Source: Basidiobolus meristosporus CBS 931.73 (lineage: Eukaryota > Fungi > Basidiobolomycota). From it: DNA of 64,000 nt. Positions 27,792 to 38,807 of the stretch are shown in pieces. The DNA lies in assembly GCA_002104905.1 (NCBI GenBank), contig MCFE01000470.1:5620-69619 (forward strand), written 5' to 3'. A program made the translations under genes and the position numbers. The notes below the pieces were generated by a model, which ran no database searches, was not told where the DNA came from, and saw nothing but the letters and a program-made list of their open reading frames with translations. Each line of letters begins with the position of its first letter. Within the stretch, counting starts at the first letter, position 1.

Positions 27792-29340
27792 TATTATCAT
27801 GATGATGTGACATCCCTGGTCTCTTATGTTCAGGCTAAATCAAGTTGGTGAAGAAATTCAGTTCCTTATGGAAAGTTCTACCACATTCTAGCAACTTCTG
27901 GAAAGCTCTAAGTTAACATTACACAATGGAGCACTCTATGGAAGCTCCCCTTTGAAATTTATGTGGCTCAATACCATATATGGTAGTTGCACCTCACATG
28001 ACATAGTCACATGATCAGCTGATCCCTGATATACCCCCATGTGATATTCTAGTCTGTTTGTCAGTATATTTCTAGCTTGGCACACTTATTGTGCCTCACC
28101 CCAGAACCCCACCAGTATTAGCCAATATCACTTGGCATCTATATTGCCAAAAAGTATACATAGTCTTATACCCCCCTTATATATTCCTCAGTCTGATATG
28201 CATTGGTCTTGAATAAACAGCCTTGCCTTGGAAATCCACCTTGCCTTGTTGATCTACACCTAAGCCCTTTCCTGGTCCTGCCTTGCCTAGCTCTACTCTT
28301 CCTCCTTGTGTCCATTTATAACAGTCTTATCAGACTGAGCTTGACTTACATGTGGATTTCTGCCTTATACACAAAGTTCTTGAGAAGAACTTGTAAAGGA
28401 ATACCTACCCTAAGTATCACCCTGCATCTTTCCCTAGTCTTGTCCTCTGTAGGTAAAGATATGTTATCTTTGTAAAATTATTAGCCAAAGCTGCATTCAC
28501 TTTATCACCCTGCTGGTGTGGTTGACAGCTGTTACAGTAATGGAAGCTTTAGTACAATACTCTATCAAAGGATGTTACAGCCATTACCTTCTGAAATGAA
28601 GCTAATTTATTCCAAGTTGTGGATTGTGGCTCAATAATTGTATTCTTTACAAACTAGTGGCTTTATAACCCACATAATAGCTAGTAGTACCCAGTATTCC
28701 TGAACAAGCTCAAGAAACCTCTCCACCCCCTGCTACCCCAACATATCCAGTCCTGAGTACAACTTTGCAAGTGTCATGGCTGCCTTTGCCCAGCTGCAAC
28801 AAGAAAATGCAGATCTCTGAAGTACTGTTGCTCAGCTTCAGAGCCAAAATACTCAACAGCCTATCCATACTCTCTCCTACCATGATCCCAAAATCACTTC
28901 CACTACCAAGTTCAGTGGCTCCCAAATGAGCCCCATGGCTTCATCAACATAGTCAAACACCACCTGTTGCTACAACCCAATTGGTTCCCAACAGGGCAAG
29001 CAAAAGTTGGATATATCTCTAACCTGCTCACTGGAACTGCTCAAAAATGGTCCTACCCTTTGGTGGAAACCAACCCCCCTCTACATGGTGACTACCATGC
29101 CTTCCTCATAGTAATGGAGCTAACATTTGGCAATGTTGACCAAGCCAGAACTGCTGTCAACAAGATCAAGAACTTGAGGCAAGGAAACAAACCTGCATTA
29201 GCCTATGCTTCTGAATTCCAGCTACTAGCCAGTGACTTGAGCCTTTGGGGCAATGCCACCCTAAATAGTCAGTTTCAAGATGAACTCAATGATGAAGTCA
29301 GTGACCTACTACTCACACTCTCTGACCTGCCTACCTTGGG
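27792..29340 (+). mobile_element. 5' part of a Ty3/gypsy (Tf1/sushi-like) element: family B LTR (to 28323), self-complementary PBS, leader and decayed gag
   Basis: LTR ends TATAACA at 28323; gag relic from about 28776 (LLQPNWFPTGQAKVGYISNLLTGTAQKW...KIKNLRQGNKPALAYASEFQLLASDL). Confidence 0.85.
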
Positions 29341-29700
29341 CAAACCTAATATTATTGCATATTTACAAATTCTATCATACCAATTTGGGTTTAACAAAAC
29401 TTGGAGATGTTTTCTGTGCTTAATCTCATAGTTAACTGCCCAACATATTATCTCTATTAAAATTACAGACAAAAAACAAATTGGGAGAACAATATCCAGG
29501 AGAAACTTAAATTTGTAAGCCTATAAACTTCCAATATAAATTCCAACAAGAAACGTATAGAAGTTTTGTCCAATTGCATAAGTTAAGTCTCCCATCAAAA
29601 AGATTTTTTTTGTGTTATTAACCAAATGCAATAAGTGTATAAATCACTAATTATATGATAAATTTTTAAACAACTTGCCAAAACTTTTTTCTAACTCATG

Positions 29701-30030
29701 TTACACCTTTTCTGAAAGTTTATTGTTGACAAAAATGTTTTTAAATTCTTCCAGTTTGGTTTCAGAGGAATACTTGATGTAGTTTGGAGAAATGTTATTT
29801 AAGAATTGGTCAAATTCTCGCTTTAAGTCTTCACATTTTTGGTTTGCCTGTTCTACATTTTGTTTAACTTTGTCAAATTTTTGCAAAAGTTCTAAATTTT
29901 GATTAGTTCCCTGATTGCATTTAAGTAGTAATTGTTCTTGTTTTTTAAAATTTTGTTGATTTTCATTACTGTTTTTTATTAATTTGTTAATTTGTGAAAG
30001 GCAGTTTAAACAAACTGCAACTTGTTCCAT
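29701..30030 (-). CDS. AT-rich ORF of unknown origin, coiled-coil-like
   Basis: 109-aa ORF rich in N/K/Q/E; frame stays open about 40 codons upstream of the ATG; no recognised family. Confidence 0.3.
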   Translation of the reverse strand: MEQVAVCLNCLSQINKLIKNSNENQQNFKKQEQLLLKCNQGTNQNLELLQKFDKVKQNVEQANQKCEDLKREFDQFLNNISPNYIKYSSETKLEEFKNIFVNNKLSEKV

Positions 30031-30328
30031 TGTTATTCTAGCATAATTTTCATGGCAAATTTTTTCAGGACCAAAGAGTTTAATATCCCAATTAATATTA
30101 TTTAAAACAGATAAATTGTACTTGTTTAAATTAATGGGTGATTTAAAATAAAAATGTAGCTAAGAAATAAAATAATTGCATATTGGATATAACAAACAAT
30201 AGACTCTGATAAATCTAATTATTTTTTATTATCATGAAATAATGTATGCATTAATAATATTATATATATTATTCCATATATTTACAATTGCCATCATACC
30301 AACTTGGATTTAACAGAACTTGTAAATA

Positions 30329-30733
30329 GACTTGTTCTGTTGGATGGTGCCACATTGAGCCATGAGTGCCAAATGCTGCCAGGGTGTGCCAAGAAGGCCA
30401 AGTGAGCCTATACTGGCCACAGAGTGTGAAACACAGCTCTGCACATTCATGCAAAGTAGCCCCTGTGTTTCACCCATTGAGCTGGAGAAAATCTATTTTT
30501 TGACCTTTATTTTTGGATCAACAATGTTCAGGATGTGTGAGAACACGGAAGGACTGAAGACATGCATCTGATACTCAGTACCCATGGCACTCTGAATCTA
30601 GCTCCTGTGGCTTGTATCATGTCACAAAAATGATTGGCACTATCTTGGTCCACTGGTGCTATGAGGCACTGTATTTTAATATTAGCCCTAAAGTAAAACC
30701 TATATAAAGCACTTATAGTGCCAGATAGTACCA
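30329..30733. mobile_element. Truncated second copy of the foldback element
   Basis: Left arm, spacer and about 20 bp of the right arm, cut by a copia LTR. Confidence 0.85.
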
Positions 30734-32168
30734 TAGGTTAAGGAAGGTCCCAAGATCATGTGTGCAAAGTTTGGGGCTGTTTGGACAACTTTGAGAGTTT
30801 TCATGTTCTGGGTACCTGGTATTTTGGTGAAAATGTTCTAAGTAAATCCCAACAAGGAATTTGGTCAGTATTCTCTAGGATTTGAAGGCAGTGATCTAAG
30901 TGACTAAGTTAGGTGAATATTTAGGTGGAATTGCAAACTTTTACAACTCTGCCACTAAGCTACATGTTCATACTGACTAGTCCTAATTTTGACCTAAGAT
31001 ATTCAAGCTTATCTCTGACTAATGGTCTGGTAAATATGTCTGCAGTCATTTCATCTGAAGGACAGTGAACTGAGCTAACTAAGTTATTCTCTGTAGCTTT
31101 ATGCATGAACTGATGTCTAATATCTATGTGCTTAGTTCTATCATGAAAAGTTGGATTTCTACCTCATTGTATACATCCTTGATTATCTTGAAATAAAGTA
31201 ATAGGGGTTATTCAACAGAGGCCTAAATCTGTAAAAAGCTTTCTTAACCACATTGCTTTATTTGTAGCTTCACAGGCTGCCATGTACTCTGCCTCTGTGT
31301 TAGGAAGTGCTATGATTGGTTGCTTTCTTGAGTTCCATGATATTGCTCCTTTACAGTATAGACAGGTGTATCCTGTGGTGGATACTCTGTCTTCCAAATT
31401 TTGTCCCCAATCAGCATCAGAGCATCCTACAAGATTCTGTTCTGAATCTTTATAAGCATATCCTAAGCAGATATCAGCAGTTCCTTTTGGATATCTAAAA
31501 ATCTGCTTGACTGCTGCAATATGATCAGATCCATAGCTCTGATTATGCTGGCTGACAACTCCCACTGAATATGAGATATCTGGTTGTGTTCCAAGTATGA
31601 TATACATCAGACTACCAACCATAGATTGATAAGGAAAGTCAGGGCTTTCAGATGGCACCAAGCTCTCTTGATTTGGCTGAGTTTTGACCAAGTTAAGGTT
31701 TCACTCCATTGGGGCAGCTGCCAGTTTACAGACTTCCATTTGGTACTTCTTTAGTATATCTTGAATTTACTTGGATTTGTGTAAGGTGATAGTCTGGGTA
31801 CATCTGTCTATGGAGAACTTAATTCCTAAGTAGTAACTGAGTTCTCTTAGATCAGACATCTTGAACTCCTCAGATAGGCTGGATTTAGTCTCTTCCAATG
31901 TTTCTAGGTTATTGGAGGCTATAATAAGATCATCCACATATAGAGCTAAAAGAACTGGATCTGCTCTATCTGGCTTATAGTATATACTATAGTCAGCATT
32001 ACTTGTTTTGAAACTCAAAGATTCCAGATAAGAATCTATCTGGCAGTTCCAGGCTCTCAGTGATTGTTTGAGACCATATAGTGACTTTTTCAGCTTTCAG
32101 ACCAAATTGGGGTTATCTTGGGCAACAAACTTATCAGGATGGTCCATATCCATATCCTCATTAAGTTC

Positions 32169-33555
32169 TGTTGTGTTGTATTGTGATTAGTTTGGGGCTT
32201 GTCTACAATGTAGAGGCTAATCAACATTATACAACAGCTTCCAGTATGCTAATACTGAAATAGTTTATTGGGAGTTTGATATACCAATAGAAGATATAAC
32301 TTTCACTAATTTCCTCAATCTTAGGCTCAAAATATACTGTAGGCAGTGTTTATCACTTCTACAGCAGTGTTCTAACCTTCTGTTGACTAATGTGCTTATT
32401 TACTTTTATAGTAACTTTTCCTTATTTGGAAGTCACTTTCCTTTCTGAGAAAATATTTTCTAATATGGAAATTCTGAACTCCCCTTTAACCTAACGGGGT
32501 GTGTTGTAGAAGTCTCTAAAGGGGTCTTTAGACCTAAAGGGGTGTCTAAAGGGGTGTCTTTAGAGTAAATGGGCTTCTTGTAGTGGTCTCTAAAGTGGAC
32601 CTTACACTAAAGGGGTGCCTAAAGGGGCTTCTTTAGAGTAGAGGGGTTTCTCAAAGGGGTCTCCAAAGGGGTCTTTAGACTAAAGGGGTGTCTAAAGGGG
32701 TGTCTTTAGAGTAACGGGGCTTCTTGTAGTGGTCTCTAAAGTGGACTTTACACTAAAGGGGTGCCTAAAGGGGCTTCTTTAGAGTAAAGGGGTTTCTTAA
32801 AGGGGTCTCCAAAGGGGTCTTTAGACTGAAGGGGTGTCTAAAGGGGTGTCTTTAGAGTAAAGGGGTTTCTTAGAGGGGACTTTTCCGACAGAAAAGTGGT
32901 AGTTTCTTGTAGAACTTAGATTGGATTCTTGTGAGCTTTGCAGTCTCTTTACTGATGTAGTACTGATCAAAATCAGAATACTCAACAGTGCAAGTGATGC
33001 AGGGGAAGTCTTATAACCTTTAAACTTGTAATTGTAGTGTGGAGATTCTGGAAAGAGAGGCTACCCTTTATTTTTCAGCTGGGGAAGTTATATATATGAA
33101 AAGTTTGAAGGATCAAAGCTTTTGGGCAATTGCGCAAGCAATACATGTGATACAAAGCTAAAATTTTGCAGTGGCGCAGATTGGACATAGGCACAGTACC
33201 TGTGAAAATGTCATGTGATTTGATTGGCTGGTTTGAAAGTTACACGCGATCAAAGTCACCCTAATAATCCTAGCAATAAGGCATAGTATATATAATAATT
33301 GGACTCTTTTGGTCATAACTCCTTAAGTGCTGCTTCAAATGAGCTGTAATTTGAATCATGTGTTGGCTACTATGTGTTCTGTATGACATAATATTATTGG
33401 GTGGATTGCTTCTCAGGGTCTGGAGCATTTGTTCTTCAAAGTTGGAAATTCTTGATCTTTCACTTATGTGTTACAATAGCAAAAAGCAAAATAAAGAAAT
33501 GAGTGCAATATTGGTTTAGAGATATTGTAGTAATGGAATACTTTCCATTACCACA
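32169..33555 (-). mobile_element. Solo LTR-like insert family C (1387 bp), TSD GTTC
   Basis: TG...CA ends; GTTC at 32165-32168 and 33556-33559; copia RT rejoins; TATA near 33090 and AATAAA near 33070 on the minus strand. Confidence 0.8.
32490..32880. repeat. Higher-order tandem repeat (about 146-bp period) built from about 12-nt AAAGGGGT subunits
   Basis: GGGGTCTTTAGAC recurs at 32521, 32668 and 32814. Confidence 0.9.
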
Positions 33556-36220
33556 GTTCTTCAATCAAAAATGCAGTTTTGACATTCATTTGATTAATAA
33601 AAAACTTGTACTTGGCACCAATAGCCATTATTAATCTGATGGAACTAAACTTGCCTACCAGTGCAAAGGTCTCAGTATGGTCAAGTCCTTTTGTTTAAGA
33701 GTATCCTTTGGGCACAAGTCTTGATCTGTATCTATCAACTGTGCCATCAGCTTTGTATTTTGTCTTGAAGACCCATCTGCATCCAATTGACTTTTGGTTG
33801 ATTGGGAACTTGACCAAGTCTCAAGCTTGATTTTCCATTAGGGCCTGATATTCCTCAGTCATTGCAGATCTCCAAGACTTTGTCTGAGGGCTATTTAGGG
33901 CCTCTTTTACAGTCTGGGGCTCATCAATATGGACTGAGTAGGCATAGGCTAAGTTTGTACCCTCATTGCTGAAGTAATTTGGCCTATTTCTTGCCCAATT
34001 GGATCTTTGGGCATTTGATACTGGAATGATCACTTCTGGGATATTCCTGGGCACTGATTCTGGCTGAACCACAGTTGTAGAGTCCTCTGGAGTGTAAAAA
34101 CACTCATTGTTTTGCCCAGATTCAATCCTGAAAATTTGTGGACTTGAGATCAGATTTTTGTCATCATCCAATGTCATTTTTTGTGAAAATTTTGAATTTT
34201 CATCAAATAGCACATCCCTGGACTTAATTAGCTTCTTTGCTTTGGTATTGTAGAGTCTGTATGCTTTACTTTCATTGCAGCAACCCAATAGTATGTATTT
34301 TACACTTTTTGGCTCAAATTTTGACTGATTTCCAGGCAGTTTCTTGGCAGATGCTGTACACCCAAATATTCTTAGATGTTCTGCACTTGGTCTGTACCCA
34401 CACCATGCTTCAAATGGAGTAGAACCACAAAGTATTCTGTTATAACTCCTATTTTTAAGGTATACAGCAGTGGCAACAGATTCTGCCCAAAAATCATAGG
34501 ATAATTTTTGATCATGGATCATAGATCTTGCCATTTCAATTATTGATTGGTTAGCATGTTCTGCTACTCCATTTTGCTGTGGGAAGTATGGTGTGGTAGT
34601 CTTTTGCTTTGTCCCATGAATTTTGCAGAAGTGGATGAAGAGTTTTGAGGTATATTCTCCACCATTGTCAGCGCATATTTTCTTGATTTTTCACCAGTTT
34701 CTCTCTCCACCATATCTTTAAACTCCCTGAGCTTAGACAGAGCTTCTTTCTTTCTCTCCATGAAGTAGCTCCATGTGTGTCTTGTATACTCATCAACAAA
34801 AGTGATCATATATTTCATCCTGTCTAAGGTTAAATTTTATATAGGTCCACATAGATCTGAGTGAATTAGATCTAATTTTTTCTTAGTTTTGACTAACCCA
34901 GAGCTCTTGAGCAGTTATCTGGCTTGTTTCCCATATATGCAGGCTTCACAATGCTCCAAACTAGCTGGGGGATCAATTTTACTCTAGAAATTAGCTGATC
35001 TTTGACCATTTTGTGCAAATAATCATAATTGATGTGACCAAATCTCCTGTGCCAAAGCATTGGTATTTCTTCATTTAAGTTACCTATATTGGCTTCCAAA
35101 TATGATGTAATATAAGTCAACTTGTGTAGATTCTGATCTCTGATACCCAAAGCAATATGGGCACCATTTTGATCAGTGATCTTGCATCCAGAATTGTCAA
35201 AGATGAAACTGAGTCCTTCTGTAGTGGCCTTGCTTATAGAGAGTAGGTTCTTGGCTATTTCTGGTACATAGAGTACTTCTTTGAAGGTCAGTGTATGGCT
35301 TCCTTCACTGCTTCTAAGGTCTACTTGGATGGTTCCTTCTCCCACTGCATTAAGTGTTCTATTGTCACCCATAAAAACCTTCTTGATTGGAATTTCTTGA
35401 TATTGGGTAAAAAGTTCTTTTTGGTGTGTAAAGTGTTGAGATGCTCCAGAGTTAATATGCCATGTTTGAGAATCCTTGTTTGTGGTCCTATTTAGTGCAT
35501 TTATGAATAGTCTATCTTCAGTTGTTGCAGCATTTCCATATTCAGGCTTTTTCTGCATACTATCTTTCTTTTTGAAGCACAGGTCTGATGTGTGTCCTTT
35601 CCTTTTGTAGTAGTTACAAATCAGGTTGCTGTTGCCTTTGTAGGGTCTTAAGTACCTTCTTTGTTGGTTATTGTTGCTTATTGAAGCATTTTCTTCTTCC
35701 TTCTTATTGGTGCTTGATTTTCTTAATTCTTCATGCAGGTGCCATACATATATGTAATTTAAGGTCAAATCTTCAGTTTTGGACTCTAGGGCTGATTCAA
35801 GGCCCTGAAACTTATCTGTCAGGCTATTTAGGATGATACCTACCCCATCCTCATCAGTAGTTGGTACACCCACAGATTCCGTTTCATCTACCTGCAGGGT
35901 AATTATGTTGATTAGATTGTTCATTTCCTCTCCTGGCTGCATCTTTGTAGTAAGAAATTTTTGTCCCAGATACATTTTCTTAGCAGCTAAACATGGCTGG
36001 TAGGAGTCTTCTAATACCTTCCAGGCATTCTTTGCCATTTTTGCTCTTGAGCATTGAATTAGCAATTTGTCTTTAACATTAAGGCAAATGCAGTTAAAGG
36101 CACTTTGTTCTTTCTTCTGGTACTTTGAGGCTTCCTCTCCTGCATTTTTAGTAGGGCATTCTTCTATCATGACAATTTCCCAAAGACCTCTGTCTTGTAT
36201 CAGCATCTTCATCTTCACGT

Positions 36221-37291
36221 TGTAGTGGGGTGACAGTGACACCCACCAACAGATGTGCTCATTCCCTTATTTTCTACTTCCCTATATCCCTACTGCACTC
36301 ATTTTAGTTTTATCCCATTTGTCTTACCCAATCAGTACTATCCCATAAGCCGGTTGACTATCACACCTGCTTACCTTATTGCATAAGTTACCCCTCACTT
36401 TATGTAAGATTACTAGCTATAAGTACTTCTATATTAGGCAAGTACCCGTGCCAGTACCTGTGACACATGACCAACCCGTGTCACCTTCCCTACCATTTCC
36501 ATACCATATATGGTATCCCCATGTTACACAGGTTTCAGAATACTGATTCCTGATTGGTTGGATGTGCTGTGCCTCTTAGAACCTTCTGGCACCTACTTAG
36601 AACATTCTTAGGTCATTCTGATGTCATTAAGATTTCTATTGATATCCGGAACCTTCTGGAACACCATGATTAGTAATCACTTAGCCGGTAAGAAAAGTAT
36701 ATAAGGGAGGCTATCCCTCAACAATAAATCATCATCCCTTTTATCAATATACCAACTTGTTGATTAGTGTGATCACTGCTACCTGCTGCTACCTGAACTT
36801 CCAACCCTAGACCACAGGACACTCCCAGGAAACCGCGCTGACAGCCAATTGACCTTGCAGGCACTACTTGTGAGGAATACTCAGAGTAGGTATCTTTTAT
36901 TATATTTGATTCTTTCCCAAGTTTGTTCTTGTACAGGCAAAGATACTTTTCTGTCTTTGTAACTATTGACCACAGCTGCATTCTTATCAAGTCCCTGCTG
37001 GTGGAATTTACAGTTGTTTTGACTTTGGAAGCTTTAGTACATTGTCATCTCAAAGGACGCTGAACCCAGCACATACTTTTGTTAAGACGCCAACTTAGTT
37101 GGGGATTGTAGCTCAATAGTTTTCCCTTGACAAGCTTGTGGCTTTATTCCCCTTCACATTAGATTAGAAACAGAACCCAAGTATTCCTAGCAAGCTTTTG
37201 CCAGAGGTTATTGCACCCAGTGAACACCCCACACACCAAACACTTCAGAAGTGTTGGACGTATCTCTCCCTTGGACCTATACACCACCACA
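36221..37291 (+). mobile_element. Solo LTR family A, copy 3 (1071 bp), TSD ACGT/ACAT
   Basis: TGTAGTGG...CCACCACA; inserted in copia gag (GSNYQVWN|VKMKML); TATA near 36699, AATAAA near 36724. Confidence 0.9.
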
Positions 37292-38149
37292 ACATTCCAC
37301 ACCTGGTAGTTAGATCCATCCAACTTTTCAGTAGAGGAAAAAGTTCCAGTAATAGCAGTACTAGACATTGCCAAGAGTGACAGAGTGGGGCCCATAACCT
37401 TGTGTAAGAGTCTTGAAGATATTGGAAGTGATTGGGAGAACAAGTATATTATGTTGTTTTCACTTAATGATTTATTGAATGTAAAAGTAGTATTTATACT
37501 TTTACCTAATCTTGGCATTACAAACATGTAGAATAGGTAAAGGAAGGTTGCAAGAACATGTGTGCAAAGTTTGGGGCTGTTTGGGCAACTTTGAGAATTT
37601 TCATGTTCTGGGTACCTGGTGTATTGGTGAAAATATTCAAAGTAAATCCTAACAAGGAATTTGGTCAGTATTCTCTAGCATTTGAAGGTAATGATCTAAG
37701 TGACTAAGTTAGGTGAATATTTAGGTGAAAATACAAAGCTTTACAACAATACAGAGGCATGATTCTAGAGTGGAATGCATGAATGGCATAAGGGGAGGTA
37801 GAAAAATGATATACCATATGGTGAATTGGTATGGTAGCATTATAGAGGACTAGATATATGCCACTGTACTGCCATGATAATACCTACAGAGGTCCACCTC
37901 AAGACTGTTGGAATATGTTAAATTTTCTGCCATATATGGCAATTGCCCATATTGGCTGGTTTGATTGACTTGAATAATTGTAGACTGCTTTAAGACTGTC
38001 TGAGTACCATGTAGGCCCTGCAATAACACCATAAGAACATTGTCAAGTTTATTACTTTATTTGACAGTATAAACAGCAAAACACTGGCACCATCCTGCCA
38101 TTTGATTATCCACAGGGTCAAGAATTCCATGCTGCTGGCATTAAAATGG

Positions 38150-38807
38150 CTTCATTGCAGGATTCTGATGGCCAATTCAGATTGGATCAACCTGCATGAC
38201 CAAACTGATTTTAAAAGGGCAATAGAAATGCAGTTAAGGGCACATTCTTCTGTCTGCTGGTACCTTAGGACTTCCTCTCCCTGGCATTTTTGAGGGCATT
38301 CTATTCCCATGACAATACCCCAGAATGCCCTATACTATAGCAGCATCTTCATACTTGCCTATCAGACTCATAATTAGTCAATCCAACTTTCAGCAGTAAG
38401 AAAATTCTAGCAATAACAGTAGTGGACATTATGAAGAGTGATAGCTTGGGGCACATAAGCTGCTGAAAGAGTTTTGAAGATATTGGAAGTCATCAGGAGA
38501 ACAAGTAGAATATGTGGTTTGCACTTGATCAAATATGGGAAGTAAGTGTTGCATATAGATATTGGATGGTTTTAGCAGAGCATACACATAGAATAAGCTG
38601 AGGAAGGTCTCAAAAGCAAGTGTGCAAAGTTTGGGGCTGTCAGGACAACTTTGAGAAGTTTATGTTCTTGATACCTATTGTTTGGATGAAAATATTCCAA
38701 ATTCATTCAAGTAGAGAGTTTGCTCTAAACTCTCCATGAACTGTCAACATTGATTGAAGTGGCCAAGTTAGGTATGTATATAGGTGAAACTACTAACTTT
38801 GCAACAA
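38150..38807 (-). mobile_element. Older copia gag 5' fragment with decayed PBS and LTR (38461-38807)
   Basis: Similarity to 37300-37748; further LTR-like scraps near 39810-39950 and 40270-40420. Confidence 0.7.

Larger units (their letters stand above)
30735..37748 (-). mobile_element. Decayed Ty1/copia element (copy beta) with two nested solo LTRs
   Basis: Partial 3' LTR 30735-30948; RNase H (GCSDADWG...EAEYMA), RT, integrase (ORF 33821-34534), gag-protease (WHINSGASQH); PBS GGTTATGGGCCCC at 37399-37387; 5' LTR about 37401-37748. Confidence 0.92.

Noticed and set aside
36221-37291. Retrozyme (hammerhead-containing) identity for the 1-kb units with 4-bp TSD
   Set aside because: No CTGANGA...GAAA core or internal direct LTR pair found by eye; decay could hide one, so an Infernal scan would settle it
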